Below, in pieces: positions 28,145-38,889 of a stretch of 64,000 nucleotides of DNA. Location of the stretch: the NCBI GenBank assembly GCA_024650005.2, contig CP122380.1:1216001-1280000 (forward strand), read 5' to 3'. The notes beneath the pieces are model-generated. The model saw only the letters and a list, made by a program, of their open reading frames with translations. It was not told the DNA's origin and made no database searches. Both the position numbers and the translations under genes were made by a program. Each line of letters starts with the position of its first letter. Position 1 is the stretch's first letter. The stretch is from Candidatus Bathyarchaeum tardum (GTDB taxonomy: Archaea; Thermoproteota; Bathyarchaeia; Bathyarchaeales; Bathyarchaeaceae).

Positions 28145-29227
28145 CTAATGATCCGTTAATCGCGTCTGTTTTTCAGCAGAAAACAAGTTAGAAAGGCGCA
28201 CACCAATTAAACGAACCTTTCGGTCAAGAAACAAATAATCTTTTACGAGATCAACAGCGGTTTTTTGTATGTCCTTTAGTTGGTCTGAAAAAATGGTTAA
28301 CGTTTTCCCGTGGGTATGTGTTTCAAAGTTTTCGTAACGTATTTTGATTGTAACTGTTTTGAAAAGAAAATCTGAAGCAACTAATTCTTGATGTAAATCT
28401 TCTGATAATGCATTAACAATATCTAAAACAATATCAAAATCGGACATGTCTTGTTGGAACGTTGTTTCTCGGCTCATTGATTTTTGTTCCCAATGTTCTT
28501 GAACATCACTTTCATCAATACCCTGAGCCATCAAATACAACTGAGTGCCTGATGAACCAAATTTTTCTGCTAGAATGTTTGGGTTATATTTTGCTAAATC
28601 CCCTATAGTTTTGATTGCCATATTATTTAGGCGGATTTCGGTTTTCTTTCCCACCCACAATAGTTTACGTACCCTAAGGGGCGATAAAAAAGATTCAGCA
28701 TCTTCAGGTTGCACAATTGTTAGACCGTCTGGCTTCACAAAGTCACTAGCTATCTTTGCCACAAGCTTGTTGGGTCCAACTCCAATCGAACAAGTTAATC
28801 GTTCTTTTTGGATTACTTCGTTTTTGATTTTTAGCGCTAATTGTTCTGCATCATCAAAATTATTAACATTAGTAGTAACATCCAAAAATGCTTCATCTAA
28901 GCCCCAACCTTCGAACTTATCGGCATAAGTTTGTAAGATTTTCATTATTCTTGCAGAAACTTTCCGATAAAGGGAATAATTTACAGGAAGAAAAATAGCA
29001 TCAGGACACAATGACCAAGCCCGTGTAATTGGAACCCCAGAGGTTATTCCATAATTACGTGCTTCATAATTACTGGTGCTTACTACTCCGCGTCCTTTGC
29101 CTTGTTTTGGGTCAGCACCTACTACTACTGGTTTGTCTTTAATTTCGGGGCGCTCTCTTTCTTCTATTGCTGCAAAAAAGTGATCCATGTCAACATGAAA
29201 AATTATGCGTTTTTTCTTTTTTGCCAC
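28145..29227 (-). CDS. dinB: DNA polymerase IV (Y family)
   Basis: HVDMDHFFA, SNYEAR, LDEAFLD and KLVAKIASD motifs. Confidence 0.95.
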   Translation of the reverse strand: MAKKKKRIIFHVDMDHFFAAIEERERPEIKDKPVVVGADPKQGKGRGVVSTSNYEARNYGITSGVPITRAWSLCPDAIFLPVNYSLYRKVSARIMKILQTYADKFEGWGLDEAFLDVTTNVNNFDDAEQLALKIKNEVIQKERLTCSIGVGPNKLVAKIASDFVKPDGLTIVQPEDAESFLSPLRVRKLLWVGKKTEIRLNNMAIKTIGDLAKYNPNILAEKFGSSGTQLYLMAQGIDESDVQEHWEQKSMSRETTFQQDMSDFDIVLDIVNALSEDLHQELVASDFLFKTVTIKIRYENFETHTHGKTLTIFSDQLKDIQKTAVDLVKDYLFLDRKVRLIGVRLSNLFSAEKQTRLTDH

Positions 29228-29246
29228 ATCTAAGAGCTTCCTTTTG

Positions 29247-30506
29247 TCAGAAAATCACCCGTAATACAGAGTCAATTGCCTTAAGATTTGCTAAAGCTTT
29301 TTTTGAGTCTTCAGCGCTTACCAGATTTTTCTCATTAAGTTGAACCATTTGTGAAACCGTAATATACAAAGAATTGAAAGCAGTCTTAACGTGCAAATCG
29401 TTGTTCATGTGTTTCTCGAAATTTGTTTTTATTTTTGTAACCAGCTTCTTTGTAGTAGCGCAAGATTTTTGTTTGGAGTTTTGGGGTACCCGTAATTTTT
29501 CAACCATTCCTCGAAAATTATTTAGCAAATCACAAGTTTTAGAGTATTCAGTGAACGTAAAATTGAGTTTTCGCCGATAATGACCATAAATCAGAAAGAA
29601 CCGAATGTTGTTCCAAATGCATTCTGTTTCAATCAAATCTTTTGGATATTTGATATTCCCTTTGCGTTTGGACATTTTTTCACCGTCAAAAATCAAATGA
29701 GAACAATGAAGCCAATAGTTTACAAAGGATCTATCAATAATTGATTCAACTGTTGCTATAATGTAATCATGATGACGATGTGTACTATCTATTCCGCTGC
29801 ACCAAATGTCAACGTTGAATCCAAAAGTTTTTTTTACCATTGCTTGATCTTGAATGTTCCATGCCGGATGTCCTTTGCCTAGTTTTGTCTCCCAAAACAA
29901 TGTGTCACCTTTTTTGTATCCTCGCCATAAAATGAAATCCCCTTTATTCCATCTGTCACCAGAATAGTTATCACGATGAAAACGGCGATGCTGCTTGGGC
30001 CACTTGCTCATGTCAAGACCATAAAGTTTACCAAATCCATCAAACTTTAATGGATCATAATACACGTTTTTTCGACCTTTGTAAGTGTACCCGTAAGCAT
30101 AGCCTTTTTCTAATAAAATTTTGATTAATTCAACAGCTTGGTTAACTGAGGTGGAAGACCGTTCAATAAAATCAGGAATCTTGATTTTTAGTTGTTTGAG
30201 TTCATCAAGAAAAATTTCAATGTTTTTTTGGGTTAACTCGTTTGGTGGAACTTTTTGTTTAGAAGCTTCAACTAAAGTTTTGTCTTCTACGTCTGTTATG
30301 TTGATTAATCTTTGAACATCGTATCCCAAATATTCTAGGTACCTTTGAAGCACATCTTCAAACATGAAAGTTCTGTAGTTGCCAATATGGGGTAACTGGT
30401 AAATTGAAGGCCCACAGGTGACCACCTTTACTTTTCCTTCTTCTTTTGGTTTGAAAACTTCCAGTTTCCGGGTTAGGGTGTTGTAAAGCTTGAGCAAAAA
30501 CGTCAC
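29247..30506 (-). CDS. Cysteinyl-tRNA synthetase-like protein, degenerate zinc site and no anticodon-binding tail
   Basis: YNTLTR, CGPS, HIGN, NITDVEDK, DFILW and KMSK retained; PGWHIEC is PAWNIQD and HHENE is HHDYI. Confidence 0.82.
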   Translation of the reverse strand: MTFLLKLYNTLTRKLEVFKPKEEGKVKVVTCGPSIYQLPHIGNYRTFMFEDVLQRYLEYLGYDVQRLINITDVEDKTLVEASKQKVPPNELTQKNIEIFLDELKQLKIKIPDFIERSSTSVNQAVELIKILLEKGYAYGYTYKGRKNVYYDPLKFDGFGKLYGLDMSKWPKQHRRFHRDNYSGDRWNKGDFILWRGYKKGDTLFWETKLGKGHPAWNIQDQAMVKKTFGFNVDIWCSGIDSTHRHHDYIIATVESIIDRSFVNYWLHCSHLIFDGEKMSKRKGNIKYPKDLIETECIWNNIRFFLIYGHYRRKLNFTFTEYSKTCDLLNNFRGMVEKLRVPQNSKQKSCATTKKLVTKIKTNFEKHMNNDLHVKTAFNSLYITVSQMVQLNEKNLVSAEDSKKALANLKAIDSVLRVIF

Positions 30507-30635
30507 CGAATTTTCCGATGTTACATGACATTATGGTGCGTTATATTTTGTTTGGTTTTCAGTTATCAGATTACAAAACACATAAATCGCACTATACTTA
30601 GATTACCTTTCACAAATATTGTGAGGTTATATGCC

Positions 30636-31529
30636 TTGTCAACTCGAAAAAATGTTATAATATTTTTAGATACCGACAAATATGCAAGCCCCTTTGACAT
30701 TTTAGTCGCCATCGACCTTTATCCAGACGCCCAAATATTCAGTTACAGCGGCGTAGAGGTCAGTGACGCCCAAAGACTAATTCAAGACGCCATGTTCCCC
30801 CGAGGACCAGATGGCGCAAAATACACTAACGTGTTCATCGGCGGTCAAGATGTAGAAAAAGCTCTTGCAATTCTTGAAGCAGTTAAAAAATCTATGTTCC
30901 CCCCCTTCGAGTTATCAGTAATAATTGACCCACGCGGCGCATACACCACAGCATCAGCTGCTGTAGTAAAAACATTGAAGCTCTATGAGGAAAAATTCGG
31001 CGACTTCAAAGGAAAAACAGTTGCAATTCTTGCAGGAACCGGACCAGTTGGTGTGGTTGCAGCTAAACTATATGCCAATGAAGGCGGTAATGTTGTTCTT
31101 ACTTCACGCAAACTAGACAGAGCAAAAGCTGTAGCGGACAAAATAAATGAAGAATTAGGAACAAAACAGGTTTGTGGTGTTCAAGCAGCTACTCCTGAAG
31201 AAGTTGGTCAATCCATTAAAGATGCTGACATAGTCTTGGCATGTGGTGCAGCGGGAATTCAGTTATTGCCTTTGGATGTTCTTGAAAAATACGGACAAAA
31301 AGTCAAAGTTCTTGGAGACATTAACGCTGTTCCACCGTTGGGTGTTGAAGGAGTAAAAGCTAGCCACAAAGGAAAAGAGTTCACTCCAGGAAAGTTTGGA
31401 ATTGGTGCTCTAGCTATTGGTCCACTTAAAATCGAAATCGAAGGCGAAATGTTCAAAAAAGCAGTTGAATCTCCAAGCGGAATTGTAGATTATAAAACAG
31501 CTTACGAGTTAGGAAAAAAACTAGTATAA
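30636..31529 (+). CDS. NAD(P)-dependent methylene-H4MPT dehydrogenase (MtdB/MtdC type)
   Basis: SPFD, DAMFPRGP, FIGG, DPRGAYTTA, GTGPVG, DINAVPPLGVEG and GALAIG motifs; start placed at TTG 30636 after GAGGT. Confidence 0.88.
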   Translation: MSTRKNVIIFLDTDKYASPFDILVAIDLYPDAQIFSYSGVEVSDAQRLIQDAMFPRGPDGAKYTNVFIGGQDVEKALAILEAVKKSMFPPFELSVIIDPRGAYTTASAAVVKTLKLYEEKFGDFKGKTVAILAGTGPVGVVAAKLYANEGGNVVLTSRKLDRAKAVADKINEELGTKQVCGVQAATPEEVGQSIKDADIVLACGAAGIQLLPLDVLEKYGQKVKVLGDINAVPPLGVEGVKASHKGKEFTPGKFGIGALAIGPLKIEIEGEMFKKAVESPSGIVDYKTAYELGKKLV

Positions 31530-31675
31530 AACGGTAAAAGTTTATTTAAAAAGTGAGGAAACCATTTTTTTGGCTTCCAGCTTTTTATTTTTTTTATAAA
31601 TCAATATTTTGAGTTAATATTATTAATTCATAGCTTTTTTGTATTCAAAACTGCTCATTTGTTTTTTGATGAACA

Positions 31676-31861
31676 ATGGGGCTTTCGAACAAAATATTCT
31701 TGACATGGCTTGCAACGATGTGGATAGTTTTTTCAGTTTGGGTGGTTGCAGTAACTACGTTTCCATTAAATTTTGGTTTTGTAGGATTACAAGCACTTTC
31801 GGGCATAGCTCTGATATGGTCAATGGTAAAATACAACGAAATTGACCAACAGTTCCATTAG
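31676..31861 (+). CDS. Small two-TM membrane protein
   Basis: 61 aa, two hydrophobic helices. Confidence 0.45.
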   Translation: MGLSNKIFLTWLATMWIVFSVWVVAVTTFPLNFGFVGLQALSGIALIWSMVKYNEIDQQFH

Positions 31862-31967
31862 TGCCGTCAGAGTAACTCTGAGATGTCATCCTAAAGCGTC
31901 TAGCTAATGCCTTTTCGTCATCCGGCACTATTAGCAAAGCATTACAAGAATAAAAAACGATTGATTG

Positions 31968-32378
31968 TTAGGTTGTTTGCGTGAATAATTGTCTGATTTT
32001 GGGTTGAAACAGATAAGCCAAAAGGACTAAACTGATGACAATTTCTCCTAAGGCAGCGCTTTTGGGTAATCCATGTATGATTTGTATATCAAGAATTGTG
32101 CAAACATCAATTATAATAACGAAAACCGACACGATTATGGTTCCTATCCACCCAGATTTTTTTCCAGTCCAAAGACCGTACAGAAAAATTAAGTTAAAAA
32201 CTCCGTAAAAAAAAGTGTAAATATTGTAAGCCATTGCGCCTATTCCGAAGATTGCAAAACCTGCCCCTATTGTCGCGTGTATTGTTCCATTCAAAAATTG
32301 TGCAATAGTTAAAACGAGAACGCCTACATATTTTCCTTTGAAGGATTCAGGATAGTTGACTTTGCTCAAAGTCTGCAC
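31968..32378 (-). CDS. Small integral membrane protein
   Basis: 136 aa, 4 TM; GLWTGKKSGW and YLFQPKIRQLF. Confidence 0.7.
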   Translation of the reverse strand: MQTLSKVNYPESFKGKYVGVLVLTIAQFLNGTIHATIGAGFAIFGIGAMAYNIYTFFYGVFNLIFLYGLWTGKKSGWIGTIIVSVFVIIIDVCTILDIQIIHGLPKSAALGEIVISLVLLAYLFQPKIRQLFTQTT

Positions 32379-32487
32379 GTCAGGGTCAATGTGTAAACTT
32401 AATATTGTTTCATCAAGATATAATCTTTGTAGATATCCTGTTCAGGTTACCGATTCAATTTTTGAATAAGGATAAGCATCAAGGGAG

Positions 32488-32895
32488 ATGCAACAAATTT
32501 CAAAAGTAACAAAATCAGAAGAAGATTGGCGAAAAGTTTTGTCACCTGCAGAGTACCATATTCTTCGGGAAAAAGGAACTGAACCAGCATTTACTGGAAA
32601 ATATGTAAAAAATAACAAAAAGGGTAAGTATGTTTGTGCAGCGTGTGGCAATGAACTTTTTAGTTCAGAAACAAAATTTGATTCAGGTACAGGTTGGCCT
32701 AGTTTTTGGAAATCATTATCTAAAGACAGCATAGAACTAAAATCAGATATCAGTCATGGAATGCAAAGAACCGAAGTAACATGTAAAAAATGTGGAGGGC
32801 ACCTCGGACACGTGTTCAATGATGGTCCTCAACCTACGGGTCAAAGATATTGCATGAATTCGATATCGCTCAAGTTCAAAGAAAACAAAAAATGA
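32488..32895 (+). CDS. msrB: Peptide-methionine (R)-S-oxide reductase
   Basis: [25 protein letters not shown] and RYCMNS motifs. Confidence 0.97.
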   Translation: MQQISKVTKSEEDWRKVLSPAEYHILREKGTEPAFTGKYVKNNKKGKYVCAACGNELFSSETKFDSGTGWPSFWKSLSKDSIELKSDISHGMQRTEVTCKKCGGHLGHVFNDGPQPTGQRYCMNSISLKFKENKK

Positions 32896-33084
32896 ACACA
32901 AAAATCAAAAGAACAAATGTTGTTACCAACTAGTTTTTTCATAAAAAGGTCGTTTCAACATTGAAATAATAATATATAAAATATCTCAGAATATGGAAAA
33001 TAACAAATTATTTTACTGTGAACAGGGTAATGGTATCCTCTATTCAAAGTTAACATCTAAAAGATTCAGTAAGGCGCAACTGAC

Positions 33085-34104
33085 ATGATAACATCAATAA
33101 AAAAAGAAGCAAAAAATCTAATTTACAAAATACAGCAGCCCTTTGTCTTACAGAACATTCTGGTATTTGCAGCATTCATTATTCCCTTGTTAATTATTTA
33201 CTTCTTTGATGCAGGATCTTTTGATTACTTATGGAAAGGCAGGGCACCATATCTGTTGTTTTTATGGTTAATTATTTTAGAAGCCGCCTTAGGATGGAAA
33301 AAACTCAAAGAGAACCCACCAACATTTTGGAATAAAAAAACAGTTTTTGCAACAATAACCTTGTTGTTGCCAACAGTATATGCTGTTGGATTACATCTAG
33401 GATTACAATCTGCAATACAAGAACTAGGACAAATTATTGGAGTACCAACTGAACAATTTGGAGAATGGTACTTAACTCATTCGTGGCCATTTTCGTTTGA
33501 ATATGTTCTATTTGCAGGGTTGTTTATTGCTTCAATTTGGCTATTATACGAAAAGAAAGGACTGAAAATCTTCTCTGTTTCTTCCTTCTTTATCGCAGGT
33601 GTTGGCATATTTTACATGATTGACACATTCTTTCCTTACGGCACATTTACTCTTTTGCAATCGTTTGTTCCAGTTACGGTGTCTGTTGTTATTTTCATTC
33701 TGAACATCTTAGGCTATGGAACGAGAACATTTCTAGGAGGAGAAGACGGTCTAGGTCTCACCGTTACTGGAGCAAACGGTAGTTACTCAGCGATTGTTTC
33801 TTGGTCATGCGCCGGAAGTCACAGCCTATTTCTGTATTCTTTTATGATTATGCTGTTTCTACGAGGCACCAGCATCACCCGAACCAGAAAAATAATTTAC
33901 GTTGTTGCAGGGGCACTTGGAACATTTTTTGTTAACATTCTAAGAATACTGGCGATTCTCCTAGCAGGAGTAAACAGCGGAGCTTCACTGGCTACAACAT
34001 TTCACGAATTTTATGGAGAATTCTTCTTTATCATATGGATGTTCATTTACTTAACAATAATATACTTACTTGAAACACGGTTCTTCAAAAAATACAAACC
34101 ATAA
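33085..34104 (+). CDS. Archaeosortase/exosortase family protein
   Basis: Multi-TM; catalytic-type Cys (WSCAG), Arg (NILRI) and His (FHEFYG). Confidence 0.85.
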   Translation: MITSIKKEAKNLIYKIQQPFVLQNILVFAAFIIPLLIIYFFDAGSFDYLWKGRAPYLLFLWLIILEAALGWKKLKENPPTFWNKKTVFATITLLLPTVYAVGLHLGLQSAIQELGQIIGVPTEQFGEWYLTHSWPFSFEYVLFAGLFIASIWLLYEKKGLKIFSVSSFFIAGVGIFYMIDTFFPYGTFTLLQSFVPVTVSVVIFILNILGYGTRTFLGGEDGLGLTVTGANGSYSAIVSWSCAGSHSLFLYSFMIMLFLRGTSITRTRKIIYVVAGALGTFFVNILRILAILLAGVNSGASLATTFHEFYGEFFFIIWMFIYLTIIYLLETRFFKKYKP

Positions 34105-34346
34105 CCAAAATCAGTTTATCCGTCAGACAAAAAATTTAACGCTAATATACTGTCGCCAACAATTTAATCTTGATTCTTAACCACTAAGTAATATTATCAA
34201 AAATGGAAACAATCAATAATACCATCATATTGAGAAACGGTAATATCCCAATAACTAAAAGTATAAATAAAGTTAGGGACTTCTCAAATCATGCTCTTAG
34301 GTTTCCTTTGAGCTAAACTATAAAATTAATATTGGAGCGAAAGATA

Positions 34347-35303
34347 ATGGCTACTCTTGAAGTCGTAAAAAAAGATGGAAACGATTTTGTTGTAAAGGTC
34401 CCTGGAAATCCAGAAACCGTAAAAATTGAAGATACATTCGCTGAAATGTTCCCAATGTGGGTAGGCAGAATGCTGATAACAGCAGCCACCGAAAAATGGG
34501 CACTAATCGCAGCAAAAACCGCAACAGGTTTTGCATCATCCATTATCATGTCACCAGCAGAAGCAGCAGTTGAAGGAATTGTACCAGCAAGCGAAACTCC
34601 AGACGGACGCCCTGGAGCAATAATTCAAATTTACCACAGCTCACGCGGTGCTCTGAAAGGTCAAATTGCTGCCAGAATTGGACAATGTATCATGACTTGC
34701 CCCACGACAGCAGTTTTTGATGCGCTACCCCATGCAAAACGCAGAGTAAAAATCGGAAGAAGCCTACGCGTTTTTGGTGACGGATTCCAAAAAAGTGATG
34801 AAATTGCAGGACGAAAAGTTTGGCGAATTCCAGTAATGGAAGGAGAATTCATTATTGAAAACGATTTCGGAGTCATGAAAGCCATCGCTGGCGGAGCCTT
34901 GCTCATTTTGGCTAAAGATCAGGCAACTGGTCTTAAAGCAACTGAAGACGCTGTAGAAGCAATCGACAAAAATGTTCCAGGTGCAGTAATGACCTTTCCA
35001 GGGGGAATTTGTCGGTCTGGCTCTAAAGTTGGTTCCATGAACTACAAGCTTCCTGCTTCAACTAACCATTTGTTCTGTCCGACACTTAAAGATCAAATTC
35101 CAGATTCTAAACTTTCAGCTGAAGTCAACAGTGTTTATGAAATTGTCATAAACACTTTGAATCTTACAGTCATGAAGAAAGCCTTGGCTGAAGGAATTAA
35201 TGCAGCTGCAAAAGTTCAAGGTGTTGTTCAAATTACTGCACCTAACTATGGCGGCAAGCTTGGTCCATACAAGGCTGAACTCAAAGAAGCAATTGGTCAA
35301 TAG
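34347..35303 (+). CDS. ftr: Formylmethanofuran--H4MPT formyltransferase
   Basis: IEDTFAEMF, ETPDGRPG, RIGQCIMTCPTT, SGSKVGS and NYGGKLG motifs. Confidence 0.96.
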   Translation: MATLEVVKKDGNDFVVKVPGNPETVKIEDTFAEMFPMWVGRMLITAATEKWALIAAKTATGFASSIIMSPAEAAVEGIVPASETPDGRPGAIIQIYHSSRGALKGQIAARIGQCIMTCPTTAVFDALPHAKRRVKIGRSLRVFGDGFQKSDEIAGRKVWRIPVMEGEFIIENDFGVMKAIAGGALLILAKDQATGLKATEDAVEAIDKNVPGAVMTFPGGICRSGSKVGSMNYKLPASTNHLFCPTLKDQIPDSKLSAEVNSVYEIVINTLNLTVMKKALAEGINAAAKVQGVVQITAPNYGGKLGPYKAELKEAIGQ

Positions 35304-35322
35304 AATAACCCGTTTTTTGGGT

Positions 35323-36369
35323 TTATTCCATTTTTTTTATAAACTCAGTTCCTTTGCCCTCGGGAGATCCAACCACAACTCGATAATATTGGTGGTTGGT
35401 TTGTTTTTCTGTTACTTTTTCCAATTTTCCTTTCGCCTGAATTTTTTCACCATTTTCAGCTAAACTGGCATACAATCCTTCGTATGAAACAATTTCAGAA
35501 ATATTCGCTGAAAGGACATTTTCTAAATAAGTTACATCTTTCACTTTATATGTTGCTGGAAGAAACAAAGAATCGGCACTATCCCTCACAACGGCTTCAA
35601 TGATTACTTGACAAATAGTTCGATATGTTTTGGATCCATATTTTTCCGTTACTTCTTTTTCGGTTTTGACTGGATGTATAGAAACATATCGGTCTTCAAA
35701 AAATCCCAAATTCCATTTTCGGTTGTAAATATTGAGGGCATCTCCTTTGCTAATGGGATATTGTTGAGATTTTTTTAGGCACCACTTTTCAAGTTCCTTG
35801 CCTCGTATATGTTTAATTACCGATTCAGTGCCTTGATTTTCAATTAATGCTTTTTTTAGGTTCCAACTGTTTTCTACTCCGTAAACAATTACATCAAGGT
35901 CTGAAAACGTTGGCTGATGAATATCCAAAAGAAGGGATCCAGTTATCCCAAAGGCGTTTTCTTTGATTCCACTAATTTGTTGCAGATAATTTGTGAAACG
36001 TATCAATTTTTCTTGTAAAGAGTCGAGGTCAACTCCTTGTCGTAGTTGTGCCAACTTTTTTTCAGGCATGAAGTGCTGTTTTATACATTCAATAGGAACA
36101 GCAGTAACGGTGAGGTTGTCAACAGGAGATTTATACAGGTAATAAGGATTGTTTTTTTCTAGGTAATGAAAGGTTTCCAATAGGTTGGAAATGGTGTAGT
36201 TCTTCAATATTCTGTCGAATTGTTGTTTTCCGTTGCCCCAAACTCCTGAATCAGATGGAAGATATTTTAGGTAAGAAATTGCCCTGCCCTGTGGATGTAC
36301 AGCACCAACTACACAAAAAAAGAAGTCTTCTTGTGTTTGAATAAAATCGCGGTCTAGAAATCCTCGCAT
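35323..36369 (-). CDS. Pol-beta-superfamily nucleotidyltransferase (COG1665-like), paralogue 1
   Basis: GITGS...SDLD motif; C-terminal OB-like region. Confidence 0.8.
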   Translation of the reverse strand: MRGFLDRDFIQTQEDFFFCVVGAVHPQGRAISYLKYLPSDSGVWGNGKQQFDRILKNYTISNLLETFHYLEKNNPYYLYKSPVDNLTVTAVPIECIKQHFMPEKKLAQLRQGVDLDSLQEKLIRFTNYLQQISGIKENAFGITGSLLLDIHQPTFSDLDVIVYGVENSWNLKKALIENQGTESVIKHIRGKELEKWCLKKSQQYPISKGDALNIYNRKWNLGFFEDRYVSIHPVKTEKEVTEKYGSKTYRTICQVIIEAVVRDSADSLFLPATYKVKDVTYLENVLSANISEIVSYEGLYASLAENGEKIQAKGKLEKVTEKQTNHQYYRVVVGSPEGKGTEFIKKME

Positions 36370-36577
36370 AAATCCAACAAACTTTAAACGGAGTTATTAT
36401 AGTTAACGTGACATCAAACTTTAGATTGAACAGGTTGGAAGCACACTAGAACATCAAAAGTGTTAGTGGATTTCTGAATAAACTTTCATTTATAAGTGTT
36501 TTAAGAAGATATTTCTTCAAATATGGTAAAATATTTATAGGTAAAAATGTAATATTTTCAGATTCTATTGAATGTAG

Positions 36578-37633
36578 GTGTATTGTATGGCAGCTTCAGA
36601 AAATAATGAACTTTTGGCTAATCTTGATGAAGTAATCGCCGAACTCCGGGAATTACTTCAAAAAGCCGTAGACAAAAATCGAACAGAAGATATGCTCTTT
36701 TCAGGAGGCATAGACACAAGCATCCTAGCAGAAATATTAGCAAAGGACACAAAAATTCGAGGTTTCACCTGCGCATTTGAAGAAGGCAATCCCTTGGATA
36801 TTAAATACTCCAAACTCATGGCTAAAAAACTAAACATTGAACATCACATGAACCCCTTTGGGGCAGACCAAGTTTTTGAAGCAATTCCAGCTGTAGTTAA
36901 AGTGTTGGATTCTTTTGACCCAATGGAAGTTCGAAACAGCATAACAATTAATATCGGATTAAGGTTTGCAAAATCCTTTGGTTCAACCAAACTCATAACA
37001 GGAGACGGCGCTGACGAACTCTTTGCAGGCTATCATATGTTCTATAAACACGTTGGAAACAAAGAAAAATTAACTGAGATGCTCAAAAAAATGTGGGGCA
37101 TAATGGCATTTTCTACAACCACCTTAGGAAAGAATTTGGGCATTGACGTGCGGCAACCCTTCTTGGATCCAGAAGTTCAAAAATTTGCCATGAATTTGGA
37201 CCCCAGATATAATGTTCAAGAAGAACGAGGAGAAGTCTGGGGCAAATGGATACTTCGTAAAGCCTACGAAGGTGAACTTCCACCCGAAGTCCGATGGAGG
37301 GACAAAAACCCAATTGAAGTCGGTTCGGGCACTACAGTTTTACCCAGATACATGGCAAAGAAGATACCTGATTCAGAATTTAATGCAAAAAAGAAGAAGA
37401 TTCTTGAAACTGATGGGGTTACTATTCGCGACAAAGAACAACTAATTTACTACGAAGCCTACCGCGAAGTAGTAGGGGCACCACACGCAGAAGACCCAGA
37501 TGCCCGAACTTGTCCACAATGCAACAGTAACGTTGCAGACAACGCAGTTGTTTGTAGACGATGTGGAGCATACCCAATCGCCAAGAACGCTAGGTCGATA
37601 ACTAACGAAAACGCGTACCAAGACGACAAATAA
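36578..37633 (+). CDS. Asparagine-synthase-like ATP pyrophosphatase lacking the glutaminase domain, with C-terminal zinc ribbon
   Basis: FSGGIDTS PP-loop, TGDGADELFAGY, PFLD, KWILRKA and CPQC...CRRC. Confidence 0.85.
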   Translation: MYCMAASENNELLANLDEVIAELRELLQKAVDKNRTEDMLFSGGIDTSILAEILAKDTKIRGFTCAFEEGNPLDIKYSKLMAKKLNIEHHMNPFGADQVFEAIPAVVKVLDSFDPMEVRNSITINIGLRFAKSFGSTKLITGDGADELFAGYHMFYKHVGNKEKLTEMLKKMWGIMAFSTTTLGKNLGIDVRQPFLDPEVQKFAMNLDPRYNVQEERGEVWGKWILRKAYEGELPPEVRWRDKNPIEVGSGTTVLPRYMAKKIPDSEFNAKKKKILETDGVTIRDKEQLIYYEAYREVVGAPHAEDPDARTCPQCNSNVADNAVVCRRCGAYPIAKNARSITNENAYQDDK

Positions 37634-37749
37634 TTTTTGGCTTTTTTAAAGCCAGTTTTAGTGGATTTGTTCCACATTTCTTTTTTTGTTTTTTATTGTT
37701 TTAGGAATGTTTAAAGGTTATAATTGTCTGCAAACTTTCCTATCTTACC

Positions 37750-38799
37750 TTGAGGATGACTATTGTGGCAACAAAAGATTGGATTCCCCGAGATGGCGAG
37801 ACCCTTCTAACCAAAGAAGGATTCATATTCTACGTTTTTGGTTACGAACACCCCGATAACAGAGTTTTCTCGTTTTTAAAATATATTCCATCTATTCATG
37901 CCCATCATTTTCCAATACGTTTTCTTAAACAAAAATGGAACTTAGATGGCACTGAACTTTCTCGACCAGAAAAACTTTATACTCCAGAAAATTACCAAAA
38001 ATTTGTTAATACCCTCAAGAAACATTTTCCTCATTATTTGTATTGTTGTCCCTTCCGAGGAAAAGAAGTTCTAAGTGTCCCCTTAGACAAAATAAAACAA
38101 GTTTACCTTCCAGAAGATTGTTTGGAACGAATATTCAAAGCAGAAAAAAAAGACCCGATACAACAAGAAACAGTTGATTTGGTTTCTCTTCTTTCCGAAT
38201 CTTCAGGTGTCAGCATCCAAGACTTTGGTATTCATGGTTCTGTCGGGTTAAACATGCATTCTCAGTATTCTGACATAGATTTGGTTGTTTACGGTTCAGG
38301 AAACTTCAAAAAACTAGAAAGCGCAGTTAACAAACTTGCCGATGAAGGGGTGTTTACTCACGTTTGCTCCAAAAAAATTGATTTTGCCCGAAAACACCGT
38401 GGACGGTATAACAACCGACGTTTTGTTTACAACGCAGTAAAAAAGTTTGAAGAAATCAATGCTCCTCATGGAAAGTTGAAATATACACCTATAAAAAACG
38501 TCAAATTCACTAGCATGGTTGCAGACGACAACGAAAACATGTTCCGTCCAGCAATTTATCCCGTTAGCAATTACTGTCCTGAAAATTCTGAGTCAGAGTT
38601 GTCCAAAGAGCAGATTCCCTTACGAGTTTCATCAATGATAGGTTATTACAGGAACGTTGCCCGGAAAGGTGACAACGTGAAAGTTTCTGGAACCCTAGAG
38701 AAAGTAGAGAACCTAGATTCCGGTGAAGTCTGTTATCAGGTTGTTGTAGGCACTGCAACACAGGAAAAAGAATACATTGAACCCACTGAATTTCGTTAG
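37750..38799 (+). CDS. Nucleotidyltransferase (COG1665-like), paralogue 2
   Basis: GIHGS...SDID motif; N-terminal RDG..TKEGFIF.V.GYEHP shared with paralogues. Confidence 0.8.
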   Translation: MRMTIVATKDWIPRDGETLLTKEGFIFYVFGYEHPDNRVFSFLKYIPSIHAHHFPIRFLKQKWNLDGTELSRPEKLYTPENYQKFVNTLKKHFPHYLYCCPFRGKEVLSVPLDKIKQVYLPEDCLERIFKAEKKDPIQQETVDLVSLLSESSGVSIQDFGIHGSVGLNMHSQYSDIDLVVYGSGNFKKLESAVNKLADEGVFTHVCSKKIDFARKHRGRYNNRRFVYNAVKKFEEINAPHGKLKYTPIKNVKFTSMVADDNENMFRPAIYPVSNYCPENSESELSKEQIPLRVSSMIGYYRNVARKGDNVKVSGTLEKVENLDSGEVCYQVVVGTATQEKEYIEPTEFR

Positions 38800-38889
38800 C
38801 TAGCAAGGTTAAAGCAAAACAGAAGAGAGGGCGGTTTTCAACTTTTTACTTCAATAAGAGTAATAATATGGTAATGGTGGTAGAATCTG

